The notes below the pieces were generated by a model. It was not told the DNA's origin. It made no database searches and was given only the letters and a program-made list of their open reading frames with translations. The translations under genes and the position numbers were made by a program. DNA of 64,000 nucleotides. It comes from Balanoglossus misakiensis. Its lineage: Eukaryota > Animalia > Hemichordata. This document shows positions 53,001 through 64,000 of the stretch, piece after piece; the stretch's first letter is position 1, and each line of letters begins with the position of its first letter. The DNA lies in contig CM082580.2 of the NCBI GenBank assembly GCA_040954595.2, positions 13,380,242 through 13,444,241 of the forward strand, given 5' to 3'.

Positions 53001-56000
53001 TTGCAGCAATAGATCATCTAAATTATGATAAACATTTTGAAAATAATCAAATGCAAAGGCTAGTTCAACGTTATAAATTTTAAATCACCAAAGCTGATAT
53101 GTGTATAGTGTATGGTAATGTACAAGAGACCTGAATCTGCTAAAATCACTAATGCATCACTTGAGTGTACGAAGAACTGTGTTCCAGTCTCATAAACTGA
53201 ACAACTTAAAATCTGCAACAATAAATCAACCCCTGATCATCACAAACATGTAGTACTACACAGCTAGGCATTTGACTGCATGTTTTGAACATCTGACCTA
53301 CATTTGGACATTCCTGGTCTGGCCTCAATGTGAAATCCTGAATTTTCAGCAATCTCGGCCTGAGCCTGGTCGTAGGTCACTTTTTCTTCTTTCTTGCCAG
53401 CTTTGATATTCTTAGCCAAGTCTTGTGGGTGATGAAACACGTACAGATGATTTGACCCAAACATTACTCTATAGATGACAAAAACATATTTATAAGTAAA
53501 GAAAAATATAATGAAAGATTAGCAGGACAAACAGAAGTGCATATAACCTGAGACACTTTACCTGTCATTGTGATGAAGTTCTTTCTCCTCTGTTAAATCT
53601 TTACCATTGACCAACACCTTGGCATTCTTGCAGGGTTTGAGTTTGACTATTGTCTTCTTATTGGTCAGCACTGCATGGTCTTTTTGAATGCTGTACAAGA
53701 CAACCAAGATATTAGAATAAATCACACCCCCAAGGACCTGAGATCAGATTTCTCACACGATTTGGGGACAATCTGTCTCACCTGTGTAAAACAAAACACT
53801 TGATTCAGCAAAACTTAAATGTTTTGGAACTCACCTGAGGCCTTCTAAGAACATGTACTGCTGTACAGATGACTTATCACTGCCGATTTTCATAGTGCCT
53901 GCAAGAAGTGTTTAGAAATTATGGTAACATTATGCAACATTGCATTTAGGAATTAAGCATCAATTTCTGTCCCTGCTCAATTAGCAATATATCTCATTTA
54001 CCTTCGTTCACAAAATGCACAATCATTCCTGTAAGAGCTGGATCTTCACTCAAATTCCACAGATGTGGAATGACTTTCATCTGCTGTACTTTCTGCTTTT
54101 CAGAAGCATTTTTTTCCTGGAAAAAATGAAAATGGAAAGTATTATTTTTTGCTTATAATTGCAGAAAATAACATGCATATTTCACTTATAGTGTACCGGT
54201 ACTATAAAGCAAAGCAAAGCACACTCGTGACAGCTATAAATGATTCTAATACATGATATAAGTATGGGATCCTCAAAACGTTCCTAAATTTTGACTTGTA
54301 AATACTGCCAGACAGTGTATGTGTTCATGTGCCTGTCTTACCATGTTTGCAGACTCAGCCTCAGCCAATCTCTGCTTCCAGGATTTCTCCATCTCCACCA
54401 TTTCTTCCTTGTTACGTTGGATTTGCTCCTGTAACTGACGTTTCATTTCCTCAACCTCTGCAGCAACAACACATACTTAGAATGTCATATTTTTTCAACA
54501 TAAAACTTAATTGACATGTAATTTTCTCAAGAAGTTATATTTTTCTGCATGTCCTTAAGACAGGAACTACAAAACTAATTTTCATCATTTATCCATTTTT
54601 ACTTGGTACACAATATGAAAGGGTAGGCAAATGTGTAAATATGTAGCCTGAGACTGGTTCCTGGCCAACTGTGGATATTCAACAAAACTAACATCTGCCA
54701 CAACTTACCATCGTCAGTGACTGTCGGCACCTGTCCATTCATGGTGTTTTCAGTGCTGTTGCCATCACTACCAGACTGTAGCTGCTGCAGAAGTTTCATA
54801 TTCTCTTCACGTAACTCTCGTATGAGTTTATCTGTTGCACTCTCATTGATGACTGCTTTGGTCTTGATGGATTTGGCTCTGTCAGCTGGAAGAGTAATCA
54901 ACAATCAGTGAAATAAAACAGGTCTACTCAACAATAAAGTGTTGCCACACTGACTGTCTGCTGTTCCATGGAAGGCAGACACTGAAGTCACAAGATGGCG
55001 GTACAAACAGTACAAAATAATACATGTGCATAAATGTCGAAGAATTTACCATATCTTAGAGTTGAGAGTGTCTCTTCATAATTGATATCAGCGGGACTAA
55101 TAGCTGCAATCTGCAATCAGAATACAAAGAAATGAACTACTACACTATACAGATTACAACTCTAGTCATGATCTTTTACACGCAACAGGTTTTCCAGGAT
55201 TTAGTGAGCAATAATTTTGTTACAACTTAATTACATACACAGCGATTGCTTTTCCAGGGCTTAGAGTCACTCTGAATGTAGGAACATAATGCCAAAAGAT
55301 AGTGACTTTAACCCTCCAATGCCCAAGACTACTTTTTTCACACAGCTGATTTGGAAAGCAGTTGATCCAGAACCTCTTACTTACCATGATTGTCTTGCTG
55401 TTTCCACCAAGAGCATTCTTCAACAACCTGGTCAGCACAGAGTCTCTGTATGGCACTGTAAGTAATCAGGCGAAAGGGGAAAATATCACAATTTGAATGC
55501 AATTTCTGTCTCGAACTATCAATTGTCAACACTAGATACAATGATGATCTGAAATGAATTAACAAGTTTCGGGAATAGGAAAATTAATCTCGATTTTCAA
55601 CAGTTGCATGATACTTGCTTGCAAACTTCAAGGCAAGATTTGTGTACAAATTAACAAGTCCCAAATTAACAGTTATTTCCTTGACAAATCTGCAGCAAAG
55701 AAACACCGTTTTATACAGAAAGAATTTTGTTATGTTTTATCAAAAGTTACGACTATAGTGCCCCTTTAGTGCATTAGTTGCCAGGGTGACTGGGTCAAAG
55801 GTCAAAGATATTCCCATAGGACAAGTATACAGCACTGTGCCTATGTAAGAACTCATGTGGAAATTGATGACAGTTTAGGTTTGCACTAACATTACATGTA
55901 TGATGAGATGGTCTTTATTCTAAGAGCCATGAATCAAGCATATAAAGCTGGAAAGCTGATGTGTGGAGAGTAAAATTTATGCTTGTATGTGTGTGGAGGT

Positions 56001-59000
56001 TGATCAGTTATAGAGTTCCTGGGTTTGGTGTTAATCAGGGAGGTTGAAAGCTTACCATGTCAATATTGGTCGGCAGGCATTTGATTTGATTTGATTTTGA
56101 TGTGTTGCCATGGCAATGTGCTGTGAAGAGCAATGCTAAGCTGTGAAATACAAATAAAATATCAAAATTCAATTTCAGATAAATTTAATCCTGTCTCAGT
56201 GAATTTAATAGTTGTGTTCTGATTTTTTAAATCAACTGCATTATATAGCGCTTGACTAGTGCAGCTTGCCAGATATTATGCACAACAATATAGTTAAGAA
56301 ACTACTATATTGGCCTCTAAACATCACCAAATGAAAAAGAATGGGAAAGGTGGACATCTGGAGATTTACAAAAATAGAGTATCTTTCCATGAATGCCTTC
56401 ATCAACAATAAACAACAATAAACAGTCTGTGACACTTCACGTAAACACTTACCATGTCCTCCTTTTTTCCCACTGCCAGCATCTGCCAGGGCTTTGATGA
56501 CATTACCTAACGTCGTCAGTGATTGGTTGATCATGGAGCCTTCTTTCAGTCTGTCTCCAGTTGCACCAGTCTGATCTGCTCTCTCACTGATGATGTAATA
56601 AACATAAACAGTACAACAGTGGTTTGTTAACATTATAGATGGTCACATGCTGAGTTCAGGTTGGCATTCTGACCAGAGACTGCCTATACGGTGTATCACC
56701 GAGGGGGTACTAGTATAACAATTTACCTTCCAGCTAGATCCACTAAGTTGATGGTAGCTGTTTTGGAAATACTCTGGCCACCTTCAGATCTCTTCTGTAG
56801 CAGTGATATTGTCACTATGGTATGAGCACGACTGTTGACAAAGAATACACTTTTTTATCATAGCCATAATCATGAAAGTTGTGTCATTCATGTTTACTCT
56901 GTCTTCCTGTATCTGCAAAGGTATAATTAACCTCTGGTAAGTGGATAACCCTTTCACCACCATGGTTTGACCTAGATCCATTGTTTTCTGTGGTAAAGTT
57001 GGACCTTTAAAAAGAAGGGAAAGTCTGTTTTGTCATTTGCAAAATGCAATTTAATGCATGGCAACTTCTAACCTGCTGGTGGCATTCATATTTGTTGCTG
57101 CAATGGTGCGGTTTCTCGTTCCTTCATTCATTTTACTTTCAATGTTGGCAAAACTGTTGACAGGGAACACCTTCAGGGAATCAACTGGAATTTCAAATAA
57201 AATAAAAATTCAAGGGTTAGGTGTATTTATCAACTCATTGGCCGTGGCAACTGTGCCAAGTTAGCAAGTGCAGCACCAAAAAAATTGACACAAGAAGAAA
57301 AACTCCAATACAACGAGAATTCAGACACTTACCGTAAAACCCTTTACTCTGATGTTCCCGAACTTTCAAACCGCCTTTTGGGGAATTTTTAGGATTTAAC
57401 AGATCCTTGACTTGCTCATTGTAAATCTCTATCATGGACGTTGTCACCTACACGGACCGAAAAGAATCACGGTGACATATCTCACAAAGAATACAAATTT
57501 ATGACAGAACTAGCCCTGAGACCAGGGCGTCGATCTAGAGCCCTGGTCTCCGGGCTATGACAGAACTTGATCATGACACCCCCTAACCCCTAAGTCAGCA
57601 CTGCAGACACCATACCAGCGAAAACAATTTTAGTTAAAGCAAGCTTGACCATCACAGATCATACCAAATGGAAACATAGGGATGCGAACACACTTTTGTT
57701 CATACAGTAAGTGCAGCCAACTAACGACGTCATGCACTCACTTCAAATTCCACGTTTTCCTTATTGCCAGAATTCTGTCTCTCAGTGATTCCTTTGAACA
57801 ACTCTTCACATGTTAATGGAACAATACCTGCATGAAACAAGAAAGAAAGCAGAGTTCGCATTTTGGCAGACAGGCATTATTCCATGTAAACTGAATGTAA
57901 TGTCATGTGTGAAAATAAACAAATAACTCACAGCAAACCATGTGTGAGGTAATTAGGGTTTCGAGACCCCTCTGGTCTCGAAACCCTCTTGAAATCGTGT
58001 TGTTTGGAGGGGCATTGGAGGGGAATTGGAGGGCATTGGGGGGGGGGGGGCATTGGAGGGGACAGAAGAAAATGTGTTTAATAATATACCATCAGTATCT
58101 GATTATCATTATATTGATTTGTCACTATATTACTCCATGTGTGGATACTGTGTGTACTATCCTTACCCTTATTGGCACCATATCCCATGATAGAGTATGA
58201 TTTCCCACTCCCTGTTTGTCCATACGCAAACAAGGAACAGTTATATCCTTTCCAGGCATTGTCTAGCATCCTTTTGCCAAGATCATCAAACACCTTTTGC
58301 TGTGAAAAAATAAATAAAACAATATCCATTAACGTTTACCAAATCTGATGAAATCATGATAAAGTCCTTATGTTTATAACGCTTTTTTTGTTCAGTTTAC
58401 ATATTGTGCAGATCATGTTAGCATGTTCAGATCATGCTTATTTTGGTATTTACCTGATCAATATACTTGGAGTCTGTAGCCTCCAGATACTGATCTGATT
58501 CCCGTTCCTGAAAACCATCATGGGACCAATAGGAATGATCATATGCAAATCTTTTTGGCTCATTGTCTGGGGTGTCAGGATTGGTCAGTTCTGTGGTTTT
58601 GTCGTGCATTCTGATGATGCAGCTAGCACTGCGAGTTTTTTCACGTTCATTGTGTCAGATGTCAAGGGAACATAGCAAATATTCTATAGAAATAAATTAA
58701 ATCCACAAAAACTCTCACTAAATACTCCATTTTAGAGATATTACAAACAAGCCAACTTAATAGTTGTACTTTTAAGTGGTTTTCTTGGTATCTTATAAAA
58801 TGGTATGTTATATTTAAACTACCTATAAATAAGCCATTCCCAATAAAATGGTGGTATTTATAATTAGACTATTACTTTAAAACCAAGGCCAAGTTATTCA
58901 GAATCAAATATGTTGTACTGGTAATTATGCGTTCAATTTAAAGGGACACTCATTTGTCACACCATGCATGTACTATCGTAACTATGTCAAGGCGTAGCTG

Positions 59001-59282
59001 CAGATCAGTAACTCGAAGCTTTTCCTTTGTTTGTGTGTTAAAAACCTAGAGCTTCTGAACTGCAGCTAATTGTCAAAGCGTTGCTACAGATATTATCTTA
59101 TACCACTGGCGTGCATGTCATGTTTTGTTAGAACACTTATCCATCTATTATCACAGCCACAGTCACAGCTCCAAACTCGTTTGCTCGACGGAGTAAAGCG
59201 GTTGCCTTTAATATGGCACGGGTATAAAGGATATAAATGGTCGGACACGAACCGCCACTCTCATGTTCTCGGCACCCGCCAT
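50041..59282 (-). CDS. KIF28: Kinesin-3 family motor, KIF28-like (motor, coiled coil, FHA, KIF28-type C-terminus), multi-exon, copy 1
   Basis: [16 protein letters not shown]|[79 protein letters not shown] and YADRAK motor motifs. Also [10 protein letters not shown], an FHA region ([15 protein letters not shown]), [14 protein letters not shown] and DPFWEP...LRSLAYQIE. It ends RRSRACVIL*. Confidence 0.88.
56949..57023. mobile_element. Degenerate copy of the piggyBac-like MITE (intronic)
   Basis: aaccctttcaccaccatggtttgacc...attgttttctgtggtaaagttggacct matches 49738-49812. Confidence 0.55.
57501..57567. mobile_element. Mini palindromic insertion flanked by a direct repeat
   Basis: atgacagaact-[agccctgagaccagggc gtcgatctaga gccctggtctccgggct]-atgacagaact. 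Confidence 0.7.
57955..57987. repeat. 14-bp perfect hairpin
   Basis: agggtttcgagacc-cctct-ggtctcgaaaccct. Confidence 0.7.
58652..59234 (-). other. U12-type AT-AC intron 1 of KIF28-like copy 1
   Basis: Donor ATATCCTTT directly after RVRPF, branch site TCCCTTGAC about 9 nt before the AC acceptor, rejoining in frame to NEREK. Confidence 0.88.
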
Positions 59283-59962
59283 TTCTTCCTTGTTCTTGTC
59301 GCTGTCCACGTTTTAAATTCCGATCAGATCATTGTAGTTTCAGCAGCATGTCATTAAAAATTCTTGTTTCCTGTAAGCTCACGCTTGGTCCAACACTAAT
59401 ATTCGTTTTTCAGTATAAGAACATGGTCGAGGTGGTGGCCTTAAACACAGAAACGCGGTGTTGACTAAGCTGGACCAAGTAAACATAACAACAATAGGGT
59501 GTCCTCACCAAACTAAGGTCACCTTCTGAGGTCATGACCCTTAAATGCAACAAATCAGTTTATAAGTTTGGCGTCGACGCGTCATCAGACTGCAAATTTC
59601 GGATGTGGATACAAACGATTTGCCAAACAGGAATGGTGGATATGGAGTGTAATTCATGCCAAAATTAGCACCCCACTTTTCGATAAGACTATTCATATAT
59701 GAACCAAGGATTGCGCTGTACGAAAAAACAGAATGTTCATTCTAATTGACCATATGCGGGCGCTCCATTTATGTTCCCCAGCAAAACTCGAAATTACTTG
59801 TTGATAAAATGAAGAACCGTAATTTACTAGGTCCTTTCTGCATGTGGTAATACAGTAAAAATGGCTACTTCATCGGTAGGCCAAGATATGTGTCATTATT
59901 TTTGTACGGCTACGAAATACTCATGCCACAGTGAATCACTGCACTGTTTAGGATAGTTTCAT

Positions 59963-59975
59963 GTTGCATAGCAAC
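59963..59975. promoter_or_regulatory. RFX X-box-like palindrome in the shared upstream region of the two kinesins
   Basis: GTTGCATAGCAAC resembles the X-box consensus GTTGCCATGGCAAC and lies about 260 bp upstream of the copy 2 ATG. Confidence 0.4.
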
Positions 59976-60231
59976 CATCCGCGCCGAGGAGGGTGTGTAG
60001 GGCGCCCCCTTCAGGGAATGTGGAAAGTACTAAAGATCTTATATGTGTACACTGGATATTAGGTAGTGGACAACGATTTCTTTGACGTGTATACACGTGT
60101 AACACGTACGCAGCTGACTGTTGGGTTTCAGACGGCGAAAGATTTCACACAAATGTTGTAACGTAAAGCGACATTTGTCAGACTGGTGTGGGACTGAGAT
60201 CGAGAGCGTCTGATTATCCGAAGTGACGATC

Positions 60232-63200
60232 ATGGCGGCCGCGGAAAACGTAAAAGTAGCGGTACGAGTGAGACCTTTTATATCCTTTACCACACGTACA
60301 CTCGGTACACCATTTGTATTGCTAATGTGCGTAATATTTTAGTCCCATATGCGCCTGCTTTTGAGTGTTCAGATTGTTTGTAAATACCGTGTACACGAGC
60401 CACTGTCACTGTTGGCCATCACTGCCAGGTGCATTGACTGATTAATTAACACGTCGCAAGCTCGTCCTGGTTGCATTGTGTGTTTTGTTTATACTAGTAT
60501 AACCGACTAGAAGCTTGCTTGTTACAGTCTCTGAGAATCAATCCACACGTATGCAATAAAAACCTTAACTTTTCGCACAATGACCGTGAAAAGAATAAGG
60601 ATGCCAAATGCATCGTCAACATGATTGGCAAAATGACTGAACTGACCAATCCAGAAGAGCCTAACTTGGAACCAAAGAGATTCGGTTACGACTACTCCTA
60701 TTGGTCACATGATGGATTCACAGAATCAGAGCCAGACAAATACTTAAAACCTACCAATTCTAAATATATTGATCAGGTTAGACATAATTTTTCGTTTTCC
60801 TTTGAGTTGCATGATTTCTTATAGATGTTCAGTTGTACTGCGATACCATATCCTGGTCACAACGTCCTATCCTGTTGATTGTGTCAAATGTATGATTAAG
60901 TAAAAATTAAAAATAATTTGTTCATCATCATTATTCTGATTTTCGCAGAAAAGAGTCTTTGAAGACTTGGGTTTGCAGATGCTAGACAATGCCTGGAAAG
61001 GATATAACTGTTCATTGTTTGCATACGGACAAACAGGAAGTGGAAAATCCTACTCTGTCATGGGGTATGGTGCCAATAAGGGTAAGGAGTTGATCATTCA
61101 TCCTTGGTGAATGAATGAATGAATGAATGAATCATGTCAGTTATGTTTTATTGTTATTATTTTGTGATTTTTTTCACAATGTCCACGTCTGTTTTGACTT
61201 TTAAGGTGTTGTGCCCATGACATGTGATGAGTTGTTCAAAGGAATGAGTGAACGCCAGAATTCATCAGAGGATGCAGACTTTCAGGTAAGATAAGTGATG
61301 ATTTTTTTATCGCTTCATGATTGTGTGAAAACAACCGGAACAATCCAAAATAAGCAGAAGGAATAAAGAATAACTCAGAAGATTAACTTAGATACACTCT
61401 TTTTTTGTTGATAGGTAACATTCAGTATGATAGAGATTTACAATGAACAAGTACGAGATCTGTTGAATCCCAAGAATAATCAAAAAGGAGGGCTGAAAAT
61501 CCGAGAACATCAAAACAAAGGATTTTATGGTAAGTTCAGTTCCGATAACAAAGTTCCTGAAAATGTTTGTAGAAAGTCCACCTCTATGTTATATATACTA
61601 CACAGCATTGGGGGATATCTTTATCCTGCAAATCATCTGTCTGTAGTTTGTACCCATGCATATTGGAGAGCCTCAGTTGTTATATCAAGATGATCTGAGA
61701 CAGTCAAATGTAAAGTAAACAAGCCCAATTGTACAGATGGGAATAAACAAAATTATAATTTAAGCAATAATAATTTATCATGTTCAAATTATCCATGTCT
61801 GTTTCAGTGGAAATGTTACGAGTGGTGCACGTCAACAGTTTTTCTGACATTGAAAGTCGAATTAATGAGGGAACCAGGAATAGAACCATTGCAGCTACAA
61901 ATATGAATGCAACCAGCAGGTAGGTCAGAGGTCAATGATGAGCTCCGCTTTTGTGTATGAGTGTGTCTCAACATCTTTTCTTTATTGTCCTCTATAAAGT
62001 TTAGAACCTTTCCAGCAACTTGTGTACTCTTCAGATCCTTCTGTAAGAATGTTGAGTTCAGGGACTGAAATCTACATTGGTCAATTTCTTTGCTCAGAAA
62101 ATGTTCACATGATATACTACCTTTCACCAGTGAGTATCTCTAATGCCTAAATTTGTCCATCTTTATCAGTCGGGCACATACCATTGTCTCCGTAACACTA
62201 GTACAGAAGGCGAAGAATGAGGCTGGTCAGAGTATGACAAAGACTTCCGTCATTAACTTAGTAGATTTGGCAGGAAGGTAAGTCTTCACACTGCAGCCAT
62301 GAAAGCCTCAGTGACAAGGTGTCTTCATATTATTTTTACAGTTTTAGTTTCAAAGTAAACTTATATCACATCATTGTACTCGCCAAGAGAATATTACTTG
62401 TTACACTTGTGTAGTAAATGTGTGGTTAAATATGAGTATAGGAATGATAAAGAGGAGCCTACCCCCACTCCCCCAATCAATGTTGTAGAATGCTGGAGAA
62501 GAAATTGAAAAAAATTACTTATCAAACTATGTGTGGCTCTCACTGTGACGTTTTGTAAATTATTTTGTTTTGCTCTATTCCAGTGAAAGAGTCGAGAAGA
62601 CAGGTGCTACTGGTGACCGGTTGAAAGAAGGCTCATTGATTAACCAATCACTGTCCACGTTGGGTAATGTGATCAAAGCATTGGCGGATCTTGGTGGAGG
62701 TAAAAAAGGTGGTGCACATGGTGAGTTTTGTCGTTTGTGTAAATAAGAAAAAAATGGATCACGACTCTCCATGCTTGCATGATTATAAAATTTCACTTAT
62801 GTTTGCCGGCTATTTGGTAGTTCAGTCCTAGAAAATGGTATTTTGACCCCAAACATTCTTTGAAGACAGATCAAAACCCTATCATGTCCAAGAGTGTTGA
62901 ATGACTGAGTGTAAGTACCCAGCTATTTCTATAAGGTGTCAGACCATTCCCTAGCTGTTCAGTGGCTAAACGTTTGCATTGACTGCTTTTATTTATCAGT
63001 TCCTTACAGAAATTCAGCTCTCACAAAACTGCTGAAGAACGCCCTCGGTGGTAACAGTAAAACCATCATGGTAGGTGTTTGATACACTCTAACACAGTTT
63101 TACAAACATGTTCACACAGTGACTGTCTGTCAACACACTCACAGTTGGATCTCAAATGTAACCTGCCTTTTGTTTCTGATTTATCAGATAGCGGCTATCA

Positions 63201-64000
63201 GCCCAGCTGATGAGAACTATGAAGAAACCTTGTCAACACTCAGATATGGTAAGTTCAATACAACGGTTCTCTGTGTAAAACTGTATTGATTCTTTTTCAT
63301 CAAGTTTCCACAATTGACCAGTATTTCCAATCCTATGTCTTTGCTAGCTGACAGAGCTAAATCGATCAGGACAAAAGCTGTCATTAACGAGAGTCCAACT
63401 GAGAAGTTGATCCGAGAACTGCGAGAGGAAAATGCCAGATTGTTACAACAGTTGGGTGGTGGTGGTGGACAGGCATCACAAGTCATCGGTATCCCAGAGG
63501 ACGGTAAGTGCGATATGAGGATTGACCATCAGAAGTGAGTTTGTTATCTGTTATCAATGCAATGTAAACATCTCTGTCTGGGCCTGCAGCGTAGATACGT
63601 GTGGATACCTTTTCTCTGTCGCCGAGAAATACTCAAGAACATTTCTCACTGATAAACACATCAACTTTGCCAGCCATAACACATTGCCATAGCCATGCTT
63701 AAGTTTTCATGATGTTGTTGCCATAGCAGTATCTAGAAGCTCATCTTTGTGCTTCTGGTTTCTACAGAGGTGGAAAGCATGAAGCGAATGATGGAGGAAC
63801 AAATCCAGCGTAACAAGGAAGAGATGACGGAGATGGAGAAATCCTGGAAACAGAGGCTGGCTGAGGCGGAGTCTGCAAGCATGGTGAGACAGTCGCTCAC
63901 ACACATAGAATTACCCTATAGTTAGGAAACGTTATTGTTATATCCTGAGACAATCAGCTTTTGGCCGAGTACATAACCATGATATCCATTTTCCAATGGC
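60232..64000 (+). CDS. KIF28: Kinesin-3 family motor, KIF28-like, copy 2 (5' part; continues past the window end)
   Basis: [16 protein letters not shown]|[80 protein letters not shown] and [15 protein letters not shown]. The exon structure parallels copy 1; the last visible exon is about 63767-63882. Confidence 0.88.
60280..60578 (+). other. U12-type AT-AC intron 1 of KIF28-like copy 2
   Basis: Donor ATATCCTTT after RVRPF, branch site CCTTAAC at 60563-60569 and AC acceptor at 60577-60578, in frame to NDREK. Confidence 0.9.

Noticed and set aside
86-58050. Poly-G runs (near 86, 18222, 19940, 32451, 58037) and short CA, TCAA and GAAT repeats as CRISPR-like or regulatory arrays
   Set aside because: They are simple homopolymers and microsatellites with no repeat-spacer organisation.
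32313-60578. Functional link between SCNM1 (minor spliceosome) and the neighbouring U12-intron kinesins
   Set aside because: Proximity over about 25 kb with unrelated genes between is best explained by chance; SCNM1 acts in trans.

Overview
AT-rich, intron-containing metazoan genomic DNA, with gene content typical of a marine invertebrate (the taxon is an inference only). Most short ORFs in the track are intronic or intergenic noise, and the real genes are spliced. From left to right: a glycine-rich-domain (GRDP/DUF1399-like) gene with a (CGG)n Cys/Gly tail (+); a 3-exon, 102-aa neuropeptide-type precursor that the ORF track does not show (-); CNOT4 (-) head-to-head with SCNM1 (+); an annexin with an MGCG N-terminus (+); three tandem, nearly intronless ATP-grasp ligase genes (-); and two head-to-head kinesin-3 (KIF28-like) paralogues, each with an AT-AC (U12-type) first intron, the second truncated by the window end. 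Several MITE-like, palindromic and tRNA-derived repeats are also present. The best candidates for something undescribed are the pyroGlu/disulfide/amidated peptide precursor (14012-14816) and the diversifying ATP-grasp ligase array (40299-47801). All exon boundaries were read by eye and have no transcript support.
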